Virus record (IMG/VR): IMGVR_UViG_3300008255_000007 | Location: 20,153 to 84,152 of that record | DNA length: 64,000 nucleotides | Source of the DNA: a virus | Lineage: Duplodnaviria > Caudoviricetes | Direction: 5' to 3' (one strand) | Shown here: piece by piece, positions 55,908 to 63,695 of the stretch | Numbering within the stretch: position 1 is the first letter of the stretch | Layout: each line of letters starts with the position of its first letter | Notes under the pieces: generated by a model | What the model saw: the letters and a program-made list of their open reading frames with translations, nothing else | Told to the model about the DNA's origin: nothing | Database searches by the model: none | Program-made: the position numbers and the translations under genes

Positions 55908-56311
55908 TGGAAACATATGTTAAATCTAAATTTAAAGTAGGACCTGCAAAACTAAAAAACGGTACTGATGCTTATATCTTTGAAGTTAGTAAAGAAGAGA
56001 TATTCGGTAAATATTGGTTTTTAGCTAATGCAGGATCAGGTTACTGGAAATCAGCTTCATGGTTTTTGTCAGGTAGAAATCTAAAAATAGATATCTACAC
56101 CTTTGGAGCACCTTTGTATATAGAGGATAGCAATTCATATGATCTAATACCAAACGTCAAGCTTGATAAGACTATTATTGATGAAGTTGAGTTTACTGCA
56201 AAGGCAAATGAAAGCTTAACAGATTCGTATCTTACGGTTAATGTTTCACTAGACGTTCGAGAATACCTTGTTAACCGTAAATGGAAGATGACGCTAGAGG
56301 AGATTGAATAA
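55907..56311 (+). CDS. hypothetical protein
   Basis: Coupled ORF with codon usage atypical for this genome. Confidence 0.55.
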   Translation: METYVKSKFKVGPAKLKNGTDAYIFEVSKEEIFGKYWFLANAGSGYWKSASWFLSGRNLKIDIYTFGAPLYIEDSNSYDLIPNVKLDKTIIDEVEFTAKANESLTDSYLTVNVSLDVREYLVNRKWKMTLEEIE

Positions 56312-56673
56312 TGGCAAAGCTTAGCGAATTAGAGGCGCGTGGCGAGCTGTTTGGTCGTAGGATTAGGCTCAGGTCATGGGTTTCTTCTAATGAATCCGTA
56401 ATTATTGAAACTAAATTGAGCAATGGTTTGTATGTTGGGCTGTGGGTAGGTGCTTGTAATCCATTTCTTGATAAAGACGACCATGCCAACTGGGAACATG
56501 TAGAAGAACCCAAGCCCAAAAAGCGCCACTGGCTTTGGGACTACGGAACTAAAAATGGTTGGTATCTTCATATGACCTGGATGACAAAAGAAGAGGCTGA
56601 TAAGGAATTAAAGGGCTGCTATGATTATCGCATCTCGCCGATATGCCCAGTGGAGGGGGTGGAGCTACCATGA
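56311..56673 (+). CDS. hypothetical Trp-rich protein
   Basis: Coupled ORF, GC-richer. Confidence 0.55.
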   Translation: MAKLSELEARGELFGRRIRLRSWVSSNESVIIETKLSNGLYVGLWVGACNPFLDKDDHANWEHVEEPKPKKRHWLWDYGTKNGWYLHMTWMTKEEADKELKGCYDYRISPICPVEGVELP

Positions 56674-57260
56674 AAGTTTTAGTAGCTTATGAGTTTAGCG
56701 GAGTCGTTCGTGATGCATTTAGGAATCAAGGTCATTATGCTTTTTCTTGTGATATTTTACCTTGTATTAATGATTCTGGATTTCATTTTAAAGGCGATGT
56801 AAGAGCTTTTCTAAATCAAAAATGGGATTTAATGATTGCTCATCCTCCATGTACATATCTTTGTAATAGCGGAGTAAGATGGCTTCAAACTGATAAAGAT
56901 AGATGGGAGAAATTAAGAGAAGCTATGGTATTTTTCTATCAGTTACTTAATGCACCAATTCCTAAAATTGCTGTAGAGAATCCCATCCCACACAAATATG
57001 CACTACTTCCTAAATATAGTCAGGTGATTCAACCTTATATGTTTGTCCATAAAGAACGAAAGGCCACCTGCCTTTGGTTAAAAAACCTACCGCCTCTTAT
57101 TGAAACGAATAATGTATTTGATGAGATGAAAAAACTTCCAAAAAAAGAGCAACAGAGAATTCACTATATGTCACCAGGTAAGGAAAGAGGAATGCATAGA
57201 AGTGTAACCTTTAAAGGTATTGCAGATGCTATGGCTAAGCAGTGGGGATCACATGACTAA
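56670..57260 (+). CDS. short C5-cytosine methyltransferase-like protein
   Basis: VLVAYEFSG.VRDAF, SCDILP, AHPPCT (catalytic PC), AVENP; ATGA overlap at 56670. Confidence 0.75.
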   Translation: MKVLVAYEFSGVVRDAFRNQGHYAFSCDILPCINDSGFHFKGDVRAFLNQKWDLMIAHPPCTYLCNSGVRWLQTDKDRWEKLREAMVFFYQLLNAPIPKIAVENPIPHKYALLPKYSQVIQPYMFVHKERKATCLWLKNLPPLIETNNVFDEMKKLPKKEQQRIHYMSPGKERGMHRSVTFKGIADAMAKQWGSHD

Positions 57261-57537
57261 ATCCCTAGACCAAAAGGCTGAAGAGTATGTAGAAAACTTT
57301 AATTTAGATGACCCAGCAGATGTAGTATGTGTTGATGCCTTCAAAGCTGGCTACCTCACTCGCGACAAAGAGATACAAGCCGACCTCGACAAGTGCAAAG
57401 CTGCGCTGGAGTTCTATGCTAAAGAGCCTGTTCGCTTAATAGACCCCCTTGGGGGATTGCACTACAACCCAAATTACAACGGTGAAATAGCCAGAGAAGC
57501 GCTTAAGCAATTGCAAGAAGTAGAATCTGAAGAATAA
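57253..57537 (+). CDS. hypothetical protein
   Basis: AFKAGY, ALEFYA...GE.AREAL, a common phage motif; start 57253. Confidence 0.55.
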   Translation: MTKSLDQKAEEYVENFNLDDPADVVCVDAFKAGYLTRDKEIQADLDKCKAALEFYAKEPVRLIDPLGGLHYNPNYNGEIAREALKQLQEVESEE

Positions 57538-57538
57538 A

Positions 57539-58342
57539 ATGGCTAAACTATCTATCATAACTCTAACTTATAATGGACTGCATGTATTAAAAAACTGTAT
57601 AGAGTCTGTATTAGAACAGTGCGCTGACCAAGACTTTGAATGGATCATAAGAGAAAATGGATCTACTGATGGTACAGTAGAATACCTTAAAGAACTAGCT
57701 GAGAAAGATGATAGACTATTTCCTATACAGTGTACTAATGAAGGTAGCTTTTCTCAGATGAATAATGAGATGTTAGAATACTGCTCAGGAGACTACGTAC
57801 TCTTTTTAAATAACGATGTACAAGCCACTAGTAACTTTATTAAAGAAATGCTAGAAGTTATAGAAAATGATGAAGAGGTAGGCGCTGTAGGAGCGGTGTT
57901 AAGATACCCTGACGATACCATACAGCATTGTGGTATAGTATATGAATCTAACTGTACAGCCCATAATATCAGTACCTATTACATGGCCATTAGGGATCTT
58001 AAAAAAGACCTATACCTAAAGGATAGGGAATATCAAGGAGCTACAGGAGCCTGTCTTATGATGAGAACTGAGGACTGGGAAGCTGTAGGTCTCTTTGACG
58101 AGAGCTTTCATTGGTGCTATGACGACGTTGATCTATGCCTTAAGGTAGTCTTTGATCTAGGTAAGAAGATAGTAGTGCCCTGTAAAGCCACGCTATACCA
58201 CTTTGAGAGCTGGTCTAAGGCCAATCCTAACGTCTGGGCAGCAGTCAGTAGGCTAGGAGAGAAGTGGGCTCAGAAGCTCTCTGGGGACGTATACTGGTAT
58301 ACTATGGACTATAACGAATATCATCGCCCTACTAAAGGGTAA
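57539..58342 (+). CDS. glycosyltransferase family 2
   Basis: LSIITLTYN, ENGSTDGT, LFLNND, ATGACLM, FDE.F...YDDVDLC. Confidence 0.9.
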   Translation: MAKLSIITLTYNGLHVLKNCIESVLEQCADQDFEWIIRENGSTDGTVEYLKELAEKDDRLFPIQCTNEGSFSQMNNEMLEYCSGDYVLFLNNDVQATSNFIKEMLEVIENDEEVGAVGAVLRYPDDTIQHCGIVYESNCTAHNISTYYMAIRDLKKDLYLKDREYQGATGACLMMRTEDWEAVGLFDESFHWCYDDVDLCLKVVFDLGKKIVVPCKATLYHFESWSKANPNVWAAVSRLGEKWAQKLSGDVYWYTMDYNEYHRPTKG

Positions 58343-58791
58343 GCCTGTTTAAAGAAGTCATCAAGTAACTCTTTAGTTAAGACCTCTCCATCTTTATTAA
58401 AGGGATTCATTATATGGTAGTAAGAGCCATCGTGGCTAAGTCCATGATAACAATGCCCTAGTTCATGAAGTAACAGTATTAGTTTAGTATCTCTAGTAGA
58501 TCTATTCCAATGCTCTCTATTTACCAGGATATGCCCTGAATGCTTAAGGCATAAGCCTACAACATTAGTACCTACATATCTTAAAGTAGCTACAAACGAT
58601 ATAACAGCTTTATCATACTTGACAATATGCCCTCTTTTTAGAGCCTCTTCTTGTAGAGTCTTTAGATAAGGCTTTACCTCTATATTAGGTTTATAATAGT
58701 TGTAGAGCAGAAGTCCTGTATCAATAGTAACTATTATAAGAAGAGCAGTCAGTACTGCAGAAAGTACTCTAAAAATACTAAAGTTTTTCAT
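58321..58791 (-). CDS. membrane-anchored zinc metallopeptidase (metzincin-like)
   Basis: N-terminal TM; HELGHCYHGLSH...IMNP (HExxH, third His, Met-turn). Confidence 0.75.
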   Translation of the reverse strand: MKNFSIFRVLSAVLTALLIIVTIDTGLLLYNYYKPNIEVKPYLKTLQEEALKRGHIVKYDKAVISFVATLRYVGTNVVGLCLKHSGHILVNREHWNRSTRDTKLILLLHELGHCYHGLSHDGSYYHIMNPFNKDGEVLTKELLDDFFKQAYPLVGR

Positions 58792-58963
58792 TACCTTCTA
58801 TCCTAGAGGATTCTACAGATAGGAGTATATTATCAAAGTTAACTACCCATTTAGTAGCATCTTCAGGGTCCGGTCTTACTAGGGTAACAGGAACTTCATA
58901 ACGATGTTCCCCTATCTTTAAATCTTTTACTATGGCTTTTTGTCCTCGTTCTAATTTATCCAT
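58778..58963 (-). CDS. hypothetical SH3/KOW-like protein
   Basis: Beta pattern GQKAIV...WVVNF. Confidence 0.5.
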   Translation of the reverse strand: MDKLERGQKAIVKDLKIGEHRYEVPVTLVRPDPEDATKWVVNFDNILLSVESSRIEGNEKL

Positions 58964-58978
58964 AACAACTTTTTATAT

Positions 58979-59260
58979 ATGAATAACCCTGGGAAGCTAA
59001 TAGAGTGCCAAGATGACCAAGAGTTACTCGATTTCCTCCTTACCTATCTTACAGATAGTGCTTATACTGCCATTGTACTAAATGAGTACCCAGACGGTCA
59101 AGTCTTAAGTGATTCTGAAATTGACTTTAATATATCAATAGCACTAAGCCAGGGCTTTATACCAGTAATATGTTATAGGCTTACAGAGAAGCATTATTAC
59201 GCTTTTGGACAGGCTACAGGCCTTACAGCTCTAATCCCTGTTGACATAATCAATCATTAG
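58979..59260 (+). CDS. hypothetical protein (lone + strand gene)
   Basis: Fills the gap exactly, preceded by AACAACT. Confidence 0.55.
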   Translation: MNNPGKLIECQDDQELLDFLLTYLTDSAYTAIVLNEYPDGQVLSDSEIDFNISIALSQGFIPVICYRLTEKHYYAFGQATGLTALIPVDIINH

Positions 59261-60277
59261 TTAGATTATAGGTTTATTGAGTACTCGTATAAGATCCTCA
59301 GTAACTCTGGAAGCATGTAATACTTTTATAAAATGTTCCATTTGGATATAATCAACGTCCTCTTTTAAAGAGCTTGAGTCTTTTAGAGTTTCTATTTTAG
59401 TCAGTAATTCTTCTATTAAAATAGATACTTCTTTATAATGTTTATTACCTAGCTTTATATCCATTACAATTTTCTTAGTATCTTCAGGTAGAGGCAGAGT
59501 AATCTTCCCAGTAGATAATAGTTCAATTCCTTGGTAACTTACCCGAACGGCATGACTTAACGCTTTCCAATCTACTCCATTATTATTTTTAGCTTGTCTA
59601 GCTCGGTGTCCATAGTTTTTATATATAGTAGTTAGTATTTGAAGAATATGAGTAAAAGTACAATGCCAATCAAACTTCCTACCTAGTATATCTAATGCTG
59701 GTATCTCAGGCTCTTCATTCTTTTTAGCTGGCAGTGTCACTATATGTACATGTTCTAAATCTGATAAGGCTTTTGTAATAGTTTCCCAATTATGTTTAAG
59801 CTTAGATCCTTCGAAGTCAAATTCTTTTTGTAGAGTTTTTAGAATGTTTATACACTTAGAAAGCTCTCCCATTCTAGAACCTTTAATACCGTACTTATTA
59901 GCTTGTTGTCTAGCATAGCCTATAATAGCAGTTATCTTCTTACTTAAGAAAGCTTCTCTATGAGTCAGTAAATAATCCCATGATGGGTGCTTCTCTAGTA
60001 TCATCGACTCCGGAGTAAAGAGTAACTCTAAAGCTGCGGTGTCTCCAGCCTTAAGCATCTTAAAGAATTTACGTAAACTATATAACTCTACGTCTGTATC
60101 TTCTCTAGTGTTCTTAGTTAGACCATCTCCTGTAGATTGACGTACAGTATCAGGATAATCTCCTAGTAGTATCTCATCTGCGGAAGGAATATAAACTCCT
60201 TTAAAGTCCTGGTCAGAAGTCTCGGTATTAGTACCGAATAGATGAGATCCTGCTTTAGCTTTTATTAAGACTCGCAT
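59261..60277 (-). CDS. Pol-beta-superfamily nucleotidyltransferase (T4 NrdC.11 / RlaP-like)
   Basis: GSHLFGT.T.TSD.D.KGVY, ALELLF, YA..QA.KY, DWK...HA.R; start 60277. Confidence 0.85.
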   Translation of the reverse strand: MRVLIKAKAGSHLFGTNTETSDQDFKGVYIPSADEILLGDYPDTVRQSTGDGLTKNTREDTDVELYSLRKFFKMLKAGDTAALELLFTPESMILEKHPSWDYLLTHREAFLSKKITAIIGYARQQANKYGIKGSRMGELSKCINILKTLQKEFDFEGSKLKHNWETITKALSDLEHVHIVTLPAKKNEEPEIPALDILGRKFDWHCTFTHILQILTTIYKNYGHRARQAKNNNGVDWKALSHAVRVSYQGIELLSTGKITLPLPEDTKKIVMDIKLGNKHYKEVSILIEELLTKIETLKDSSSLKEDVDYIQMEHFIKVLHASRVTEDLIRVLNKPII

Positions 60278-60530
60278 CAGGTTCTCCGTTCCTATCAAAA
60301 GACTCTATCATAGCAATTGCCACGGCAGCTACTTGAACTAACTCAGTTCTATAGTCATCCCAAGATCCATTATAGATAGATCCAAAGGTAGCTTCTAGGG
60401 CTGCTTTATTCACCTCGCCTACTTCTTCTCCTAAGATAGCTAACCAGGTAAGGGGGTCGTGGTTCTGCTGTCCCCAACGTGCATCTTGGGAGTCCCTTTC
60501 TTTTTGAATGTCTTCTAAAGCTGTACTCAT
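60255..60530 (-). CDS. MazG-like nucleotide pyrophosphohydrolase
   Basis: ER..QD..WG.QNH, LGEEVGEV, ELVQVAAVA. Confidence 0.75.
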   Translation of the reverse strand: MSTALEDIQKERDSQDARWGQQNHDPLTWLAILGEEVGEVNKAALEATFGSIYNGSWDDYRTELVQVAAVAIAMIESFDRNGEPDASLNKS

Positions 60531-60694
60531 TTTAAATCCACTGTTATATCACTAGAGCTTCCTACAGCAGAGCAAGCAAGAACTCCGGTTTTTTTATAAC
60601 ATAAATAAAAGTTTAAACTCATAGCTCCGATAGCAAAAACTAACACTAAAGCTATAGCAGCAGCTCCTAGTTTATAAATTGTTTCTTCTTTCAT
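60527..60694 (-). CDS. 55-aa single-TM protein (not in ORF track)
   Basis: MKEETIYKLGAAAIALVLVFAIGAMSLNFYLCY...; ATGA overlaps at both ends. Confidence 0.65.
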   Translation of the reverse strand: MKEETIYKLGAAAIALVLVFAIGAMSLNFYLCYKKTGVLACSAVGSSSDITVDLK

Positions 60695-61020
60695 AACGTC
60701 TCCTTCTTATACACTTTAACTACATTATTACTAGCTTGTATCTCCGTAGTAGATAGCTTATCGTGCTCTTCTTTAGAGATTAACTTTCCTTTGTACCAGA
60801 ACTTAGTTTCTTTTACTTTACCATAACTAGGAAAGCCTTTTAGGCTTCGCTTCCAGTTACCATTTCTCTTAGTAACCTGTGCCATAAAGAGCCTAGCTAA
60901 CCGTTGCCTACGAGCTAGCTCTTCTGGAGAAAGTTCAGGTTTAGCTTCTTTATCTAAAACTTCTTCTGGGTTCTCTCCACTAATGTCAATTTCACCTACG
61001 TTAATTACTTTTTTACTCAT
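60691..61020 (-). CDS. hypothetical protein
   Basis: SD aggag. Confidence 0.6.
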   Translation of the reverse strand: MSKKVINVGEIDISGENPEEVLDKEAKPELSPEELARRQRLARLFMAQVTKRNGNWKRSLKGFPSYGKVKETKFWYKGKLISKEEHDKLSTTEIQASNNVVKVYKKETL

Positions 61021-61086
61021 AACTCTCCTATGTACTTCCAGTTCTTATTCTTTTTAAATGACTCTAAGTTTATAGCTAATAGTATA

Positions 61087-61341
61087 TCAGAGATATACTA
61101 CACTCCTTAACTTATTTAATAGCTTTACGTAGTCAACATCAGCATAATCTAATTTATTTAAAGTTACCACAACTAGTGCTCTTAGTCTAGCTTTTTCAAA
61201 AGAGTCGTTAGACCTTCTGAAATCTTTATTGTGAAAGCTGTAGCCTATAAGATCTTGTAGCGTTTCTAAGTCCATCTCATTATAAAAGTCTTTAAAATGA
61301 CTTTCATACTTTAGTACTTGCATATCTATTAAATCTCCCAT
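61087..61341 (-). CDS. hypothetical protein
   Basis: Fits the gene tiling. Confidence 0.55.
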   Translation of the reverse strand: MGDLIDMQVLKYESHFKDFYNEMDLETLQDLIGYSFHNKDFRRSNDSFEKARLRALVVVTLNKLDYADVDYVKLLNKLRSVVYL

Positions 61342-61346
61342 AGTAG

Positions 61347-61568
61347 TTACCCTAAGTCGAGTTTCTTACCTAAATCCTCTGCTAGTAGTATCTCTACTAA
61401 GTCTTTTACTACGGTAACTCTATCATAAGAAGTTTCTATAATACCGCATCTTAAAGAGTCTGCTACGTCAAGTATAAAAGCGTCATAATCTCCTTGAAGT
61501 TTATGGTGTTTCCCTAGAAGTCTAACTCCATTCTCTACTTTCTCAAAAGCTCTATCTACGTTTATCAT
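61347..61568 (-). CDS. hypothetical protein
   Basis: ATGA-coupled; SD ggagg. Confidence 0.55.
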   Translation of the reverse strand: MINVDRAFEKVENGVRLLGKHHKLQGDYDAFILDVADSLRCGIIETSYDRVTVVKDLVEILLAEDLGKKLDLG

Positions 61569-61834
61569 TTCCCAGCCTCCTTACATAGTTTGCAGTCACA
61601 GTCTAAATACCTAGTTTCTACTTCCATCTTATGCATTAGATCATACTCTTCTTCCCACATTCTAAGTATTAGCTCTCCGTAGCGAGTTTCGCATCCGCTA
61701 TTTGCTATAGGAGGACTCATACCAGCCTCTTCTATACTACAGAGTATATTTTCTGCCAACACGTCTCTAGGCCATTCGTTAGGATTAGTTCCTAAAGCCT
61801 TTTCTATAATCTTTAACATTTCAGATCGTTTCAT
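61565..61834 (-). CDS. hypothetical protein
   Basis: MKRSEML...IE.AGM.PP...WE motif; start 61834. Confidence 0.55.
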   Translation of the reverse strand: MKRSEMLKIIEKALGTNPNEWPRDVLAENILCSIEEAGMSPPIANSGCETRYGELILRMWEEEYDLMHKMEVETRYLDCDCKLCKEAGK

Positions 61835-62193
61835 TGCTTTCTCCCACATATCTTACAGTATTTATAGGTTTCTGTAATCCCTATGTAATCTGCCCAGTCG
61901 TGTTGCCATTCTAGTTTACACAATTGACTAGTCTCTTTAGTTTTTAGTATCTCTTCTATATCTTTACCAAGGCAGTGCTCTATAACACCTTTTAAAGCTT
62001 CCTCCGCTTGTTCGTCCTTCTTAGTTAGAAAAAACTCTAATGGGTACTCTCCTCTACCAGCCATGCCATGTATAACAGTAACCATATCATTACCTGGATT
62101 AAAGGCTACCTCTCTTTCAAAGTTCTTTAAAGGTAGCTTCTTTAGAAGTGCCTCGAACTTAGAATGCTTTTCAAAACGGTTTTGCATTATCAT
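61831..62193 (-). CDS. hypothetical protein with C-terminal C..H..C..C
   Basis: Coupled ORF. Confidence 0.55.
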   Translation of the reverse strand: MIMQNRFEKHSKFEALLKKLPLKNFEREVAFNPGNDMVTVIHGMAGRGEYPLEFFLTKKDEQAEEALKGVIEHCLGKDIEEILKTKETSQLCKLEWQHDWADYIGITETYKYCKICGRKQ

Positions 62194-62530
62194 CCTTATT
62201 ATTAATTAATGCTATTCTAATATAGTTAGTACTATTTGGATATAAATAGAAAGGCTCATGCTCAAACGCATATACTACTGCTAGGTATATCTTACCATCC
62301 CCAGGCCATACACCTAGAAAACTGTTAGAGTCTTGAAAGATGCTAGAGTTATTCATGGTAAAATCCTCATAGATACTTCTAGACTCTTGATTTTCTGAGG
62401 TATATCTATACCCTTCTATGCTATTAATGTCTACTAGCAAGTGTGTAAAGCCCGAAACTTCTTTATACTCAAAAGGGTGTATAATTTTTATATCAGACTT
62501 TGGAGGTATAAATTCTTTATTAGTATTCAT
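62171..62530 (-). CDS. hypothetical protein
   Basis: ATGA-coupled at 62530. Confidence 0.55.
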   Translation of the reverse strand: MNTNKEFIPPKSDIKIIHPFEYKEVSGFTHLLVDINSIEGYRYTSENQESRSIYEDFTMNNSSIFQDSNSFLGVWPGDGKIYLAVVYAFEHEPFYLYPNSTNYIRIALINNKDDNAKPF

Positions 62531-62727
62531 ACTATCCCTTCCCAACTAGATAAAACTTCAATTTTATCATGGATATAATCCACGGCCTCTGCTAGGTTTT
62601 CTGATACCATATCCTCTAGCTCGGTTAGATCGGAAGCTAGCTCTACATCAATTACACCAGAATTTGATTTATAGAAATCTAGAATATTGTTTAGTTTATT
62701 TAATGTTGCTTCTAAATCAGTGCTCAT
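62527..62727 (-). CDS. hypothetical acidic helical protein
   Basis: SD ggag. Confidence 0.55.
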   Translation of the reverse strand: MSTDLEATLNKLNNILDFYKSNSGVIDVELASDLTELEDMVSENLAEAVDYIHDKIEVLSSWEGIV

Positions 62728-62731
62728 ATAG

Positions 62732-62791
62732 TTACTCCATTCCTAAATATAAAATATATATAAATAATAGGGCAAATGCTACAACTATCAT
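62732..62791 (-). CDS. 19-aa hydrophobic peptide MIVVAFALLFIYILYLGME (not in ORF track)
   Basis: TAATG-coupled to the upstream gene; fills the gap exactly. Confidence 0.5.
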   Translation of the reverse strand: MIVVAFALLFIYILYLGME

Positions 62792-63024
62792 TATACACCT
62801 TCATGTCTTTCAGCGTAGTTTATAAATAATTGAAAACGGATACCTGGTATGCCTTTAGGTACATATTGATCCCATAAAGCTTTAGCATCTTCTCTAGGAA
62901 TCTTAACAAGCTCAGATAGGATATTATCTAAAGCAGCGCTTCCAGCGTTTTGTGCTCTATAATCATCAGACATTTGATAAGTCCAGTCCATATTATTTAA
63001 CATGGATACAATATTCTCATACAT
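62791..63024 (-). CDS. hypothetical protein
   Basis: DWTYQMSDD motif. Confidence 0.6.
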   Translation of the reverse strand: MYENIVSMLNNMDWTYQMSDDYRAQNAGSAALDNILSELVKIPREDAKALWDQYVPKGIPGIRFQLFINYAERHEGV

Positions 63025-63025
63025 A

Positions 63026-63244
63026 TTAAAGTCCTTTCAGTTCATATTCTTCTATAACTACTGGTTTAGAAGAAGTATTCAATACGTTTAGCCTATCCCA
63101 CATACTAGGCTGTCCTGGTTCTAGTCTAGCTAGCCGCTTATCGGTGATATCTATAGTTTCTCCTCTATAGCAATGAGGTATTCTAACAGTCATATAGCTA
63201 CCGTGATCTACTATAGCTTTACGTTTAAAAGGTACAATATTCAT
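63026..63244 (-). CDS. hypothetical protein
   Basis: Coupled ORF. Confidence 0.55.
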   Translation of the reverse strand: MNIVPFKRKAIVDHGSYMTVRIPHCYRGETIDITDKRLARLEPGQPSMWDRLNVLNTSSKPVVIEEYELKGL

Positions 63245-63498
63245 TTAGTACCTTCTACTACCATAAGATGGAACATACCATAACCTAGTAACAATAGTCC
63301 AGAAAAGATAAGCCAGGCATAATGCGCGGTATTCTCTTTAGGAGGATAGATTACTATTAAATCATCTACTTTAGATGCTTTAGTATTTTTAGGCACTAAT
63401 AGCCTATTAGGTTTTTTAGAGTCTTTTCTTACTAGCATTAGCATCTCTTTATATAGTTCTCTATGTAATTTAGACTCAAACTTTCTTTTAGTATTCAT
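63241..63498 (-). CDS. hypothetical protein with C-terminal TM
   Basis: Ends YAWLIFSGLLLLGYGMFHLMVV. Confidence 0.55.
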   Translation of the reverse strand: MNTKRKFESKLHRELYKEMLMLVRKDSKKPNRLLVPKNTKASKVDDLIVIYPPKENTAHYAWLIFSGLLLLGYGMFHLMVVEGTK

Positions 63499-63695
63499 TT
63501 TTGATCTCCCTTAGCTTTAAATACTTTAAGGCTACAATCAGGATAATTATCTGAATCTTTCTTATTTACATATACTATAAGCCTATCTCCAGCTTTAAGT
63601 TCTTGTAATTGCTTTACTTGCTCTTCTGTTAAACCTTTACTATGTGATAAAAAATCCTTTGTATATTTACTCTTCCAAAATCCTAAACTAATCAT
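63495..63695 (-). CDS. hypothetical protein
   Basis: Coupled ORF. Confidence 0.55.
   Translation of the reverse strand: MISLGFWKSKYTKDFLSHSKGLTEEQVKQLQELKAGDRLIVYVNKKDSDNYPDCSLKVFKAKGDQK

Noticed and set aside
10903-58342. DNA hypermodification pathway inferred from dNMP kinase plus glycosyltransferases
   Set aside because: No thymidylate-synthase-like hydroxymethylase, TET/JBP or 7-deazaguanine genes in the window; kept only as one possible GT target.
3868-60298. Longest-ORF starts at 3868, 9579, 27557, 32323, 36424, 42766, 44795, 47057, 48193, 56643, 57220, 60298
   Set aside because: They overlap upstream genes or promoters; internal ATGs fit the promoter, SD or coupling evidence better.
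61021-61090. Small ORF in the 61021-61086 gap (YISDILLAINLESF...)
   Set aside because: The open frame is preceded by an in-frame TAG and has no start codon.
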